Shown here one piece after another: positions 46,491-61,212 of a stretch of 64,000 nt of DNA. Below the pieces are notes generated by a model. The model was given only the letters and a program-made list of their open reading frames with translations, was not told the origin of the DNA and made no database searches. The position numbers and the translations under genes are program-made. The stretch's first letter is position 1. Each line of letters starts with the position of its first letter. Source of the stretch: Nemertoderma westbladi (Eukaryota; Animalia; Xenacoelomorpha); NCBI GenBank assembly GCA_032718475.1, contig JAUCBJ010007955.1:1-64000 (forward strand). Reading direction: 5' to 3'.

Positions 46491-47944
46491 TATATACAAA
46501 TATAATATACAGTGCACGATTATGTGAGCTATGAAATGAAAATAAATTTGAATTTCCCTCTTAAGTTTAATTTCGCGCTTACTGGTAATTAAATAACTCG
46601 GACCGAGAACTCGGTCCGAGAATTTTGAATGACTTTTGGAACAAACGGCGCCCCATACAAATGGGAGTATACGATGTATGTGACAATGGAGTCGAAATTT
46701 GAACACAAGTCAATATAAGTAATTATACACGGAGTGAGTAAGACTAATAATTAACATTCCGATAAGGCAACCTTGCACAGGTACTACGGCTAAAGGGAGT
46801 TGCTATTTGCAGGTAGTCATTGTCGTACTTGTAGTACTTGGGGCTATTTATCTGTTGTTTCCTCAACGAATCACGCTATGGTAATACCTCAATTTATTAT
46901 TAGCACCATTCATTCTCCTGGATTATTCAGTATATTATTGAGATTTATATTGATATGTATGATATTGGTGCTCTATATATACCAGCTTTTGCTCCGTTCA
47001 TTAGGTTTATATTTATATAGCATGGAGGCATCATCAGTGACCAGATGTCATGACCTGACCTGACAGTCCGGTCCTCACTACTATATTTCGATACTTCAAC
47101 ACGGAAGTATTGGAAATACATTTCAAAAAATTACTTTATTTCCTTATTGGCATTGTATTTTTGCAGATGGAATCTGATAACATTAAAACTAGAAAACCAT
47201 CAAGCTGGCTATAACAAGACCTCTATAAGACAACAAAACCGAAAAAAATAAATCTTATTCCGTTTCTGAAGCGAAAATATGAACAAATATTTTACCATAT
47301 CCAATCCCGGCATCACTTGATGAAGCAACCAATTTAATATAAGCTAAGCATATAATATGCATGTATCCTAATAATAATATTCTACGAAACCAGAGGGCGC
47401 TTTCTCCCAATAATGGTATAATATAAGTCTGCCCGACAGCTACTATGATTATAGCTGACTGATTGTTCAGTATCTTTTTTTGTTGGGCACAGCTTTTGCA
47501 AAGTCGGCAATGACGTCCAGGTGGGATCGAACTGGTGACTTCCGGATTGTTTAGTGGAATATTGGATTGAACGAAGACAGAGTTAAAGCTGCACACTTGA
47601 CATTATGTAGAAAACGTTCTCTTCCAAGCCAATATCAATGTGCATGCGCACACACACAGACAATCAAACAAACATATGTTTTTGACAGCAAGAATCCCTA
47701 ACGGTCTCTAATTAAAATAAATTAAACATTAAATTATTGTTTTAGATCTACAATTATAAATTAATTGATTAAATGTTGTTATTTTATAGGGAAATGTAAG
47801 GTCCAGAGAGCTTAAATTCTTACACTTGTATGGGTATGGCTGTAATATAACTAAAAGCCAGCAAGCTGGCGGCTATAAGACAAACGTAGTGTAGTTGGGT
47901 CCCTCTCCATTGAAGGTCCCTCTCCATTCAACATATTTGCTTAC

Positions 47945-48280
47945 AGTCTGAGAGAGAGAGAAATTCCAGCCCCCAAAGTCTGAGAGAGAGAAATTCCAGC
48001 CCCCAAAGTCTGAGAGAGAGAGAAATTCCAGCCCCCAAAGTCTGAGAGAGAGAAATTCCAGCCCCCAAAGTCTTAGAGAGAGAAATTCCAGCCCCCAAAG
48101 TCTGAGAGAGAGAAATTCCAGCCCCCAAAATCTGAGAGAGAAATTCCAGCCCCCAAAGTCTGAGAGAGAGAGAGAAATTCCAGCTCCCAAAGTCTGAGAG
48201 AGAGAAATTCCAGCCCCCAAAGTCTGAGAGAGAGAAATTCCAGCCCCCAAAGTCTGAGAGGGAGAGAAATTCCAGCCCCT
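47945..48280. repeat. ~30-bp minisatellite AAAGTCT(GA)nAATTCCAGCCCCC
   Basis: About 11 tandem units with variable GA number. Confidence 0.92.
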
Positions 48281-48564
48281 AAATGCCATTATTATTATTA
48301 AACTATAAAACATTTGAACGGCCCAGTGCTTATAATTCAATCAGCTGGCCTGCCACCTAACATAACACATTGAATAATCTTGTAGATATTCCCATAGGAT
48401 TCACTGGGAATAGCTATTCAGCTGGCGGGGAAATACATAAAAAACTAACATTGATTTTTGCTTTTGTCTGGGATGGAGTGAGTGAGTAAACACAACCTTA
48501 CTAAACTTGGCACAACCTTACTTCTCTGCAGTTTGGGCCTATCAATTTAATGAATATTAGTAGC

Positions 48565-48830
48565 TTACTAGGCCCTCATGAGAGCCAGCAGCTGGTGTTT
48601 CTATCATTGAGTCTATAGCAATTTTCATGTTATAGGGCTATTTTTCAAAATAAAAAAAGACACTTTAATAATTATTTTCGAAACTTTGTTTCCATTCCAC
48701 ATCCTGGGATCCTGGGAGCTGCGCCGATTGATATAACTTTCATTGACAGACGAGCTATAGTTTCGGAGGAGTTAACCCGATATACATACATAGTGAACAA
48801 TTTTACAGTAAGAAGTCCTAACGGTCTTCA
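48565..48830 (+). repeat. Second copy of the 10838-11120 dispersed repeat
   Basis: Direct sequence similarity. Confidence 0.75.
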
Positions 48831-50493
48831 AAAAGGTAAAATAGTATAATAAATGGATTATTAATTAACCTTTCTGTTATGGTAGATGTCGATATCGGGA
48901 AGTTTGCATCCAAGTCACTTCAATTTCATCAGTTGCCATGGTAATTTTTTCAATGACTGTTGTCTGAAATGCCAATTATCTCTTACTTACTTATTTTATC
49001 TTAAAGTGAAAGTAGTCACAGCATTTAATGTTTTTATATTAATCTAAGTAGTTGTTTAACACTTATATTTTGAACCAGGGTTGAAATAGATTAAAATATT
49101 GAAAAAAAAAATATTTCGCAATATTTTCGCATATAATTCTTTGATACCATTTTTTCCCGTTTAATAATACAAGTTGCGCTCTCAGCATTCCTTAATTGCC
49201 CAAAAGTATTATTCTACAAAATTTGGTATTTCGATTTTGGAATAATGACAGCATTATAGAATTCTAGCTATTAGAAACACAAATTTTCCTTTTGCAGAGC
49301 TGCCATAGCAATAACACATTTAGCCATAGCACAATTTATAATTGAAAGGCCAGTAGCTATATTTTGCAAATGACTAAATGGATTTTTATTGAGTTCTTCG
49401 AATACTACAACCTATTTGATATGTTACCATGACAACTGGTGATAACAGAAAGTCAGCTACCGATTATTCAGATTTGTTATCATAACAAAATGAAACGCCA
49501 TAACATAGGTATTCCCCATAAAATAAGTTCTAGGTGGTTACAGTACCAAAATGTATCCCATATGCCGGCTGGCCCATCCATGTATCCATCAATATCCAAA
49601 TTCGTCCATGGACGAATTTCACACTACCCTCATTTGATTAATTGACCTTTAGATAAGAAATCGTCACTTGAATAATAATACGAACTCCCTTAGCTCACAT
49701 AATTTAATTTTCCCAGTATTCCATCTGTCTATTTACTCTAATTTTGTTGCTTATTAATAATTCACTTCATGTCATCAATTTTGGTGGCATCATTATTAAT
49801 AATCGAGATCATGAGGCACCATTCCAATTATTTTCAATACAATTTAATCTTTTGGAAATCAAATATTTCCACGACTATCAGGATTCTCGGGTACTTCAGT
49901 CTTCGCATTATTCCGGGACTGAGGTGTAATCCTAGATATTGACAGATTCACTGTATCCCAGCCATCCCAGCCATCCCAGCCACGTTCTGGCTGCATTTTA
50001 TTTCCCACAGATTTGACAAGTACTGATGATAATATTGTGTTAGAAATTTGTATCGATCCATTTACTGCGTGCAACGTGGTGAGTTCATGGGGCTCAATTT
50101 ACACGTGCCACTGAAGTATAATAATGTTGCTACTAGTTAACTACTATACACATACAGGGGTTTAAAACTACTTTCATATACAATATGTATAAAATCTGTT
50201 TCGTTCGGGTTCATATGTTTATTCCTACCTGAAAAAAGTAAAGTTGAAATAAATTGAAATAAACCAGAGGAGAGTGGCTCAACTAATTAATAATTTCCAT
50301 CGATATTACCATCACCTCTTAGGTTGACACAATTGAAATTACTTATAATAGTAATATTAGTTAGTATAGCTATATAAATTTAAACAAAAGTAAAATATTA
50401 TTTTATGCTTTTTAGCTGTGTTACCCTTTAATGATTATTGGACTCGTAGTGGCGCTAACTCAATATCAATTATTGCTAATAAGTGCAAAATAT

Positions 50494-53400
50494 ATGATCT
50501 ATGTACCCTCACAACAAACATGTAAATGATCTATGTACCCTCACAACAAACATGTAAATGATCTGTGTACTCTCACAACAAACATGTAAATAATCTATGA
50601 TCTGTGTACTCTCACAACAAACATGTAAATGATCTATGATCTGTGTACTCTCACAACAAATATGTAAATGATCTATGATATGTGTACTCTCACAACAAAT
50701 ATGTAAATGATCTATGATCTGTGTACTCTCACAACAAACATGTAAATAATCTATGATCTGTGTACTCTCACAACAAACATGTAAATGATCTATGATCTGT
50801 GTACTCTCACAACAAATATGTAAATGATCTATGATATGTGTACTCTCACAACAAATATGTAAATGATCTATGATCTGTGTACTCTCACAACAAATATGTA
50901 AATGATCTATGATATGTGTACTCTCACAACAAATATGTAAATGATCTATGATATGTGTACTCTCACAACAAATATGTAAATAATCTATGATCTGTGTACT
51001 CTCACAACAAACATGTAAATGATCTATGATCTGTGTACTCTCACAACAAACATGTAAATAATCTATGATCTGTGTACTCTCACAACAAACATGTAAATGA
51101 TCTGTGTACTCTCACAACTAATATGTAAATGATCTATGATATGTGTACTCTCACAACAAATATGTAAATGATCTATGATATGTGTACTCTCACAACAAAT
51201 ATGTAAATAATCTATGATCTGTGTACTCTCACAACAAACATGTAAATGATCTATGATCTGTGTACTCTCACAACAAATATGTAAATGATCTATGATATGT
51301 GTACTCTCACAACAAATATGTAAATGATCTATGATCTGTGTACTCTCACAACAAACATGTAAATAATCTATGATCTGTGTACTCTCACAACAAACATGTA
51401 AATGATCTATGATCTGTGTACTCTCACAACAAATATGTAAATGATCTATGATATGTGTACTCTCACAACAAATATGTAAATGATCTATGATCTGTGTACT
51501 CTCACAACAAATATGTAAATGATCTATGATATGTGTACTCTCACAACAAATATGTAAATGATCTATGATATGTGTACTCTCACAACAAATATGTAAATAA
51601 TCTATGATCTGTGTACTCTCACAACAAACATGTAAATGATCTATGATCTGTGTACTCTCACAACAAATATGTAAATGATCTATGATATGTGTACTCTCAC
51701 AACAAATATGTAAATGATCTATGATCTGTGTACTCTCACAACAAACATGTAAATAATCTATGATCTGTGTACTCTCACAACAAACATGTAAATGATCTAT
51801 GATCTGTGTACTCTCACAACAAATATGTAAATGATCTATGATATGTGTACTCTCACAACAAATATGTAAATGATCTATGATCTGTGTACTCTCACAACAA
51901 ACATGTAAATGATCTATGATCTGTGTACTCTCACAACAAATATGTAAATGATCTATGATATGTGTACTCTCACAACAAATATGTAAATGATCTATGATCT
52001 GTGTACTCTCACAACAAACATGTAAATAATCTATGATCTGTGTACGCTCACAACAAACATGTAAATGATCTATGATCTGTGTACTCTCACAACAAATATG
52101 TAAATGATCTATGATATGTGTACTCTCACAACAAATATGTAAATGATCTATGATCTGTGTACTCTCACAACAAATATGTAAATGATCTATGATATGTGTA
52201 CTCTCACAACAAATATGTAAATGATCTATGATATGTGTACTCTCACAACAAATATGTAAATAATCTATGATCTGTGTACTCTCACAACAAACATGTAAAT
52301 GATCTATGATCTGTGTACTCTCACAACAAATATGTAAATGATCTATGATATGTGTACTCTCACAACAAATATGTAAATGATCTATGATCTGTGTACTCTC
52401 ACAACAAACATGTAAATAATCTATGATCTGTGTACTCTCACAACAAACATGTAAATGATCTATGATCTGTGTACTCTCACAACAAATATGTAAATGATCT
52501 ATGATATGTGTACTCTCACAACAAACATGTAAATGATCTATGATCTATGTACCCTCACAACAAACATGTAAAAATGATCTATGATCTGTGTACTCTCACA
52601 ACAAACATGTAAATAATCTATGATCTGTGTACTCTCACAACAAATATGTAAATAATCTATGATCTGTGTACTCTCACAACAAACATGTAAATGATCTATG
52701 ATCTGTGTACTCTCACAACAAACATGTAAATGATCTATGTACCCTCACAACAAACATGTAAATAATCTATGATCTGTGTACTCTCACAACAAACATGTAA
52801 ATGATCTATGATCTATGTACCCTCACAACAAACATGTAAATAATCTATGATCTATGTACCCTCACAACAAACATGTAAATAATCTATGATCTATGTACCC
52901 TCACAACAAACATGTAAAAATGATCTATGATCTGTGTACTCTCACAACAAACATGTAAATGATCTATGATCTATGTACCCTCACAACAAACATGTAAATA
53001 ATCTATGATCTGTGTACTCTCACAACAAACATGTAAATGATCTATGATCTGTGTACTCTCACAACAAACATGTAAATGATCTATGTACCCTCACAACAAA
53101 CATGTAAATAATCTATGATCTGTGTACTCTCACAACAAACATGTAAATGATCTATGATCTATGTACCCTCACAACAAACATGTAAATAATCTATGATCTA
53201 TGTACCCTCACAACAAACATGTAAATAATCTATGATCTTTGTACTCTCACAACGAACATGTAAATGATCTATGATCTGTGTACTCTCACAACAAACATGT
53301 AAATGATCTATGATCTATGTACCCTCACAACAAACATGTAAATAATCTATGATCTGTGTACTCTCACAACAAACATGTAAATGATCTATGATCTATGTAC

Positions 53401-56400
53401 CCTCACAACAAACATGTAAATAATCTATGATCTATGTACCCTCACAACAAACATGTAAATAATCTATGATCTGTGTACTCTCACAACAAACATGTAAATG
53501 ATCTATGATCTATGTACCCTCACAACAAACATGTAAATAATCGATGATCTATGTACCCTCACAACAAACATGTAAATAATCTATGATCTGTGTACTCTCA
53601 CAACAAACATGTAAATAATCTATGATCTGTGTACTCTCACAACGAACATGTAAATGATCTATGATCTATGTACCCTCACAACAAACATGTAAATAATCTA
53701 TGATCTGTGTACTCTCACAACAAATATGTAAATGATCTATGATCTGTGTACCCTCACAACAAACATGTAAATAATCTATGATCTGTGTACTCTCACAACA
53801 AACATGTAAATAATCTATGATCTGTGTACTCTCACAACGAACATGTAAATGATCTATGATCTGTGTACTCTCACAACAAACATGTAAATGATCTATGATC
53901 TATGTACCCTCACAACAAACATGTAAATGATCTATGATCTGTGTACTCTCACAACAAATATGTAAATGATCTATGATCTGTGTACTCTCACAACAAATAT
54001 GTAAATGATCTATGATATGTGTACTCTCACAACAAATATGTAAATGATCTATGATCTGTGTACTCTCACAACAAACATGTAAATGATCTATGATCTGTGT
54101 ACTCTCACAACAAATATGTAAATGATCTATGATATGTGTACTCTCACAACAAATATGTAAATGATCTATGATCTGTGTACTCTCACAACAAACATGTAAA
54201 TAATCTATGATCTGTGTACTCTCACAACAAACATGTAAATGATCTATGATCTGTGTACTCTCACAACAAATATGTAAATGATCTATGATATGTGTACTCT
54301 CACAACAAATATGTAAATGATCTATGATCTGTGTACTCTCACAACAAATATGTAAATGATCTATGATATGTGTACTCTCACAACAAATATGTAAATGATC
54401 TATGATATGTGTACTCTCACAACAAATATGTAAATAATCTATGATCTGTGTACTCTCACAACAAACATGTAAATGATCTATGATCTGTGTACTCTCACAA
54501 CAAATATGTAAATGATCTATGATATGTGTACTCTCACAACAAATATGTAAATGATCTATGATCTGTGTACTCTCACAACAAACATGTAAATAATCTATGA
54601 TCTGTGTACTCTCACAACAAACATGTAAATGATCTATGATCTGTGTACTCTCACAACAAATATGTAAATGATCTATGATATGTGTACTCTCACAACAAAC
54701 ATGTAAATGATCTATGATCTATGTACCCTCACAACAAACATGTAAAAATGATCTATGATCTGTGTACTCTCACAACAAACATGTAAATAATCTATGATCT
54801 GTGTACTCTCACAACAAATATGTAAATAATCTATGATCTGTGTACTCTCACAACAAACATGTAAATGATCTATGATCTGTGTACTCTCACAACAAACATG
54901 TAAATGATCTATGATCTATGTACCCTCACAACAAACATGTAAATAATCTATGATCTATGTACCCTCACAACAAACATGTAAATAATCTATGATCTGTGTA
55001 CTCTCACAACAAACATGTAAATGATCTATGATCTATGTACCCTCACAACAAACATGTAAATAATCGATGATCTATGTACCCTCACAACAAACATGTAAAT
55101 AATCGATGATCTATGTACCCTCACAACAAACATGTAAATAATCTATGATCTGTGTACTCTCACAACAAACATGTAAATAATCTATGATCTGTGTACTCTC
55201 ACAACGAACATGTAAATGATCTATGATCTATGTACCCTCACAACAAACATGTAAATAATCTATGATCTGTGTACTCTCACAACAAATATGTAAATGATCT
55301 ATGATCTGTGTACCCTCACAACAAACATGTAAATAATCTATGATCTGTGTACTCTCACAACAAACATGTAAATAATCTATGATCTGTGTACTCTCACAAC
55401 GAACATGTAAATGATCTATGATCTGTGTACTCTCACAACAAACATGTAAATGATCTATGATCTATGTACCCTCACAACAAACATGTAAATGATCTATGAT
55501 CTGTGTACTCTCACAACAAATATGTAAATGATCTATGATCTGTGTACTCTCACAACAAACATGTAAATAATCTATGATCTGTGTACTCTCACAACAAACA
55601 TGTAAATGATCTATGATCTGTGTACCCTCACAACAAACATGTAAATGATCTATGATCTGTGTACTCTCACATCAAACATGTAAATGATCTATGATCTGTG
55701 TACTCTCACAACAAACATGTAAATGATCTATGATCTGTGTACTCTCACAAGAAATATGTAAATGATCTATGATATGTGTACTCTCACAACAAATATGTAA
55801 ATGATCTATGATCTGTGTACTCTCACAACAAACATGTAAATAATCTATGATCTGTGTACTCTCACAACAAACATGTAAATGATCTATGATCTGTGTACTC
55901 TCACAACGAACATGTAAATGATCTATGATATGTGTACTCTCACAACAAATATGTAAATGATCTATGATCTGTGTACTCTCACAACAAACATGTAAATAAT
56001 CTATGATCTGTGTACTCTCACATCAAACATGTAAATGATCTATGATCTGTGTACTCTCACAACAAACATGTAAATGATCTATGATCTGTGTACTCTCACA
56101 AGAAATATGTAAATGATCTATGATATGTGTACTCTCACAACAAATATGTAAATGATCTATGATCTGTGTACTCTCACAACAAACATGTAAATAATCTATG
56201 ATCTGTGTACTCTCACAACAAACATGTAAATGATCTATGATCTGTGTACTCTCACAACGAACATGTAAATGATCTATGATATGTGTACTCTCACAACAAA
56301 TATGTAAATGATCTATGATCTGTGTACTCTCACAACAAACATGTAAATAATCTATGATCTGTGTACTCTCACATCAAACATGTAAATGATCTATGATCTG

Positions 56401-56605
56401 TGTACTCTCACAACAAACATGTAAATGATCTATGATCTGTGTACTCTCACAAGAAATATGTAAATGATCTATGATATGTGTACTCTCACAACAAATATGT
56501 AAATGATCTATGATCTGTGTACTCTCACAACAAACATGTAAATAATCTATGATCTGTGTACTCTCACAACAAACATGTAAAATAATCTATGATCTACGTA
56601 CCCTC
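50494..56605. repeat. 6.1-kb satellite, 39-bp unit ATGATCTATGATCTGTGTACTCTCACAACAAACATGTAA
   Basis: About 155 highly similar tandem units. Confidence 0.98.
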
Positions 56606-57644
56606 AAAGCGAAACAAATATATTATTATATAATAACAAATATTTCATAATAGAAATGTAAAATTGAACAGCTACCATCAATGGAAGATAGCACCTTCAA
56701 GGTAGCACCTGGATGTACTTTCAAGGTACATTATTGATTGTAGTTTAAATGTACGTGAAATTGATTTCTTTGATGAAAAAGGAATTGAATATGCTTTATC
56801 CAAAATAGTACCTATTTCCTGTCTCTTCCATTTTATCTAATCCGTTGTACCCCTTGTTTAAATCCCACACTTTGGTATTTTTACTTAAAGCATTATAATT
56901 TTTAATATAAATAATATTTATCAAATTTTTCCCATTTTGATTTCATCGAGTGTCCAGTGCGTGGGAGGTGGAGAGAAGTAATAATTTTGAATAGGAATAT
57001 TATGAGTAGTAGCGGTAGGTTATGTTGATAAATAATAGGATGAATGGAGTGATATATGCAAATGGGCATTAAGCCTTTTTGCCAATTTCCTTATCAATAT
57101 TCCGCATTTTCTGAGCAGGATCAATCGGATTTATTATATATTTTATTTTGATAAAACCCCTTCAAAAACCCTCTCAGAAAATAATGAACTGAATTAATTA
57201 ACTTTTCTGTGAAATATCCACTATACTTGCCCTCTTGTATGTGTGCTCCCTTCCATTTGAAAGATATGAGCCTCTAATGCTTCCTAATAATTATTAATTT
57301 AATCAATAAACCATTGATCCTATGTATGCATGCGTTAAAGGGTGGTGTGTTGTGTTGTGCGTAGAGGTATTTGGGTGGTGTATGTAAGTAGATTATTTAT
57401 ATTTTGTTGGTTAAGTGATGCAACCCAAGATCCTAGAGCGAACTTAAATTATAGTGGATGCAATTTTATTTTATTGTTATTGATACTACCACTACTAAGT
57501 CGTCGAGCGAGATCGGACATTATTATTGATATTGATATATTAATATGTATTTATTATTGTATGCCGACAGTCTATCTGCTAAAGAATTATGAGGCGATGT
57601 GAACTTTAACTCGCTGATGAGTTAATTTCTAAGTAGTTAAGTTT

Positions 57645-57800
57645 GTGTCTAGGATCTAAGTACATGTCTAGGATCTAAGTTCGCGTCTAGGATCTAAGGT
57701 CGCATCTCTACATCGCGCCCAGGAAATAAGTTCGCAACTAGGTTCTACTGTCGCATAAACTTAGACCCAGGATGTAATTTCCTGTCTAGGATCTACGGCC
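57645..57800. repeat. Degenerate ~19-bp tandem repeat CTAGGATCTAAGTTCGCGT
   Basis: Several diverged copies are visible. Confidence 0.6.
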
Positions 57801-58439
57801 GCACCCCTATTGTTCCAAACCGAGATCAAAGCACAGCGCCTTTTGCATCCTTGACACCCACGCCCACGACTATAATGTCGCCATGAATGGCGTAATAGCC
57901 TTCTCCGTAAGTGGGGAGGCTCTGGTTATATTTCGGATAGAGACCTTGACAGATCGAGTAATACAGGATTTTCTACTCTCGTTTCGGAAACAAAACGTTT
58001 TTGCCCACAGAGCCTTGCTGGCTGCGTAGTTAGTTAGTTAGGTGAGATCGTGAGATCTCCTTAATTTATTCCATATGTAGTAAATATCGTTAGTTTACAG
58101 ACCAGACCAACATCACACCATCAACCTAGAATGTAATTCAAGTACCTAAAATTGGTATGTATACAGTATTCAAATAAATATATATTACATCTTATCGTCT
58201 CTATAATATTGTTATCGGCGTCAAAAAATATTTGTCTACTATATAATAAATTTGTCTATATCAAAGTTGTCAAATTAATTAAATGAGTTTAGCATCACTG
58301 TTATATGGGACACACCCATTTCATGTACCAATAACTTAGAAACAACAAGAAGAGCTCATGACTCCGCCTGCAAAGTTTCAGATTCCTGAAATATATTAAT
58401 TCCCTATGGGTGTAACTGTCCTGCAATAAATTAGAATTA

Positions 58440-58670
58440 ATCATAGTGGCCGTAATGGTTCATGGTCCTGCGTTCACTTTATAAGATCCGATGCTACCTT
58501 CCCCGCAGTAGAGCCTTGGAAACTCTAGTTCATTCATTCATTGCGAGCCATATCGATTACGGTAATACTGTGTTCTCATCATGTGCGGGCTCAGGTGTCA
58601 GTATTACAGCCTATGTAGACTGTCAAAAACAGCGCCGCGTGTTTAATTCTTGGAATTCCCTTGTTTAGTG
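58440..58670 (+). pseudogene. L2/CR1-group LINE C-terminal fragment
   Basis: LRSLYKIRCYL...LETLVHSFIASHIDYGN and TVKNSAACLI match the LR.I..IR..L...LVHAF..SRLDYCN...QN.AARL pattern. Confidence 0.65.
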
Positions 58671-58724
58671 TAGTGAATGGTGTTCCGGCAAAAACATTAT
58701 CATTTGTCAAAGATTTGACCTTAG

Positions 58725-60656
58725 CATATCCCCCAGAAACCCAAAATACAACAGTATGTGCCATGGCAAAATTTTGTAAGAGAGAAGATCTTAAGATAGC
58801 CTACAAAGTAAAAACCAAACAACCAAAAACCGAAAACATTAACAAGGTTGAGAAAGCCAAGGACGATCTTAAATTGGCCTACAACAGCAGCCAGGAAAAG
58901 TACATACAGGATAAAATTGAAGCAATTACAACTGCTCACATACAGCAACAATCAAGACTTACCTGGCAAACTGTAAATGCTGGTTGGAAAAGTTGTACAA
59001 AGGGGCGTCTCAAAGCCGATAGTCCTGAAGAACGTGTTGGGAAGTGGAAAAATCACTTCAGCAACTTGCTTGGGCAGCCACCTAACATCGAGGTCAACCC
59101 TATGAGGAAAATATATGACAAGACACTACCTATAGAAACAGGGGACGTCACACCTGCCGAACTCCAAAAAAAGCATTAAAGGCATGTCCAATAATAAAGC
59201 GAGTGGATTAGATGAAATCCCAGCGGAGGTATGGAAAAAAGGAGTGCTAAACAGACTATTATTGAATGTTTGCAACCGAATGTTAAAAGGGGAAAAGCCA
59301 CCACCAATTTGGACTAAAGGTCAACTAAAGCCTCTCCCCAAGAAAGGAGACCTCGGTATACCAACAAACTGTTGTGGGATCTGTCTGCTTGTGGTAGCTG
59401 CCAAAATATACAATAAAATGATTCTATATAGGATTGGGCCTCACATCTACTGCATAAGAGCCCAAACGGATTTCGACCAAGTAGATCAACAATAGCTCAG
59501 ATACTTGCACTACGGAGACTGATTGAAGGAATTAAGTCAAATAATCTCCCCGCAGTCATGACTTTTGTGGACTTCAAGAAGGCATTCGACTCCATCCATA
59601 GAGGTAAAATGCTTGAAATCCTAAGAGCTTATGGAATACCAGAAGTAATTGTTGCTGGCATTGGATTGTTATATTGTGACACAGAAGCGCAGGTACTCTC
59701 ACCAGATGGTGAAACTGAGTTTTTCTCAATCCTGGCTGGCGTACTGCAAGGTGACACATTAGCACCATTACTATTTGTAATTGTGCTGGATTACGTAATG
59801 AGGATGGCCACAAAGGGTGAAGATCTGGGATTCACACTTCAAGAATGCAGAAGTAGTAGATATCCAGCAACTACAGTCACAGTCACCGACTTGGAGTATG
59901 ACATCACCCTGCTCTCTAATACGCTAGCAGATGCACAGCTTCTAGTAAATAAAGTGGAGAGGGCTGCTAAGGAGGTTGGATTGCATATAAATGCTACCAA
60001 GACCGAATTCATGACTTTTAATGTTGATGGAAACTTGACAACTATTGATAATAATCAACTAAGGAAGGTCGATGACTTCCAGTACCTAGGATCATGGATA
60101 GAGAGTAGCAAAAAGGACATAGAAGTTAGGAAAGCAAAGGCTTGGGTAGCTCTATCAAAAATGGATACCATTTGGAAATCAGCTCTCCAGGCACCTGAAG
60201 ACTACGTTCTTTAGCACCACAGTGGAAAGTGTATTTTTTACGGGGGTGAGACCTGGACACTGACTAAATCACTTGAACAACGAATTGATGGTTGCTACAC
60301 AAGACTACTAAGGGCAGCCCTAAACATCAGCTGGAGACAACACATGACAAATGCCGACCTTTATGGTACAATACCACCTGTATCAACCACCCTCCGTAAA
60401 TGCAGATTCAGATTCACTGGGTACTGCTGGCGAAGTAAAGTCGAGGTCATACCAGATCTACTTTTCTGGCAACCAACTCATAGAAAGCATAGTCGTGGAC
60501 AACCGGCCATAACATATATAGAACTTATATATATCAACTTGAAAGGGATACTGAACTTGGGAGAAAAGAAATTGCGACAGCTACGGAGAATCGGAAAGCC
60601 TGGTAGGATCTCATTTCCAATGAACGAGTTCGCTCGACCTAGTAGTATTAGTAGTA
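58725..60656 (+). mobile_element. 5'-truncated, frameshifted copy of the RTE LINE at 13635
   Basis: Collinear with ~15225-17162 with many substitutions and indels; TAG-repeat tail; TSD TTGACCTTAG at 58715-58724 and 60657-60666. Confidence 0.92.
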
Positions 60657-60686
60657 TTGACCTTAGTGAAATATGAATATGTAAAA

Positions 60687-61212
60687 GAAATTCGTCAATT
60701 TCATAAATTTTTTGTTCCAGATCGAAGTTATGTTTCTCAAAATATTGTAACAAATCGTCAGCCCCTTCTTTAGAATGTTCCAACAAACTAATATCGGTTT
60801 CGTTAAAGATTTCATGAATCTGTTCTTGTGATGAGATACACAAACTGTATAATCTCTTTATATTAATCTCATCATAATCCTTCAAAGAATCCCTTTTGAA
60901 TTTATGTCCCCTTATAGAATTCTTAACATCAGATAACTTCGGTATCAATGTTTGAGTAGTTTTTTCTTTAGTTTGCTGCCGCGTTTTTTGATGCACGGTT
61001 CTCTCAGACTGCTGAAATACGCCGTTAGAAGTACCTATATTTTGGGTACCAGCAGTTGATGATGTAACAAACGAGGCGTCATGTATCTGTGTAGAAGAAG
61101 ATAAAGGATTTAATAATATATTTGAAGATACTGATTCACCATCATCGTCACTGTCCATATAAGGACCCTCATCTTCCTCATCGTCATGTGATGGCACCAA
61201 TGTTTCATCCAT
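60687..61212 (-). other. Orphan acidic ORF segment of unknown origin (possibly a truncated TE gag or viral gene)
   Basis: ~175 open codons from an ATG in AT-rich DNA (MDETLVPSHDDEEDEG...), flanked by a duplicated ~65-bp sequence. Confidence 0.35.

Noticed and set aside
47873-48340. 155-aa minus-strand ORF
   Set aside because: Translation of a ~30-bp minisatellite.
48886-50490. Candidate downstream GPCR exons after AG sites (~48886, ~50416)
   Set aside because: No TM7 NPxxY-type motif, so they cannot be assigned to the receptor.
39275-56605. Possible CRISPR arrays
   Set aside because: Tandem units lack unique spacers, there are no cas genes, and the context is eukaryotic.
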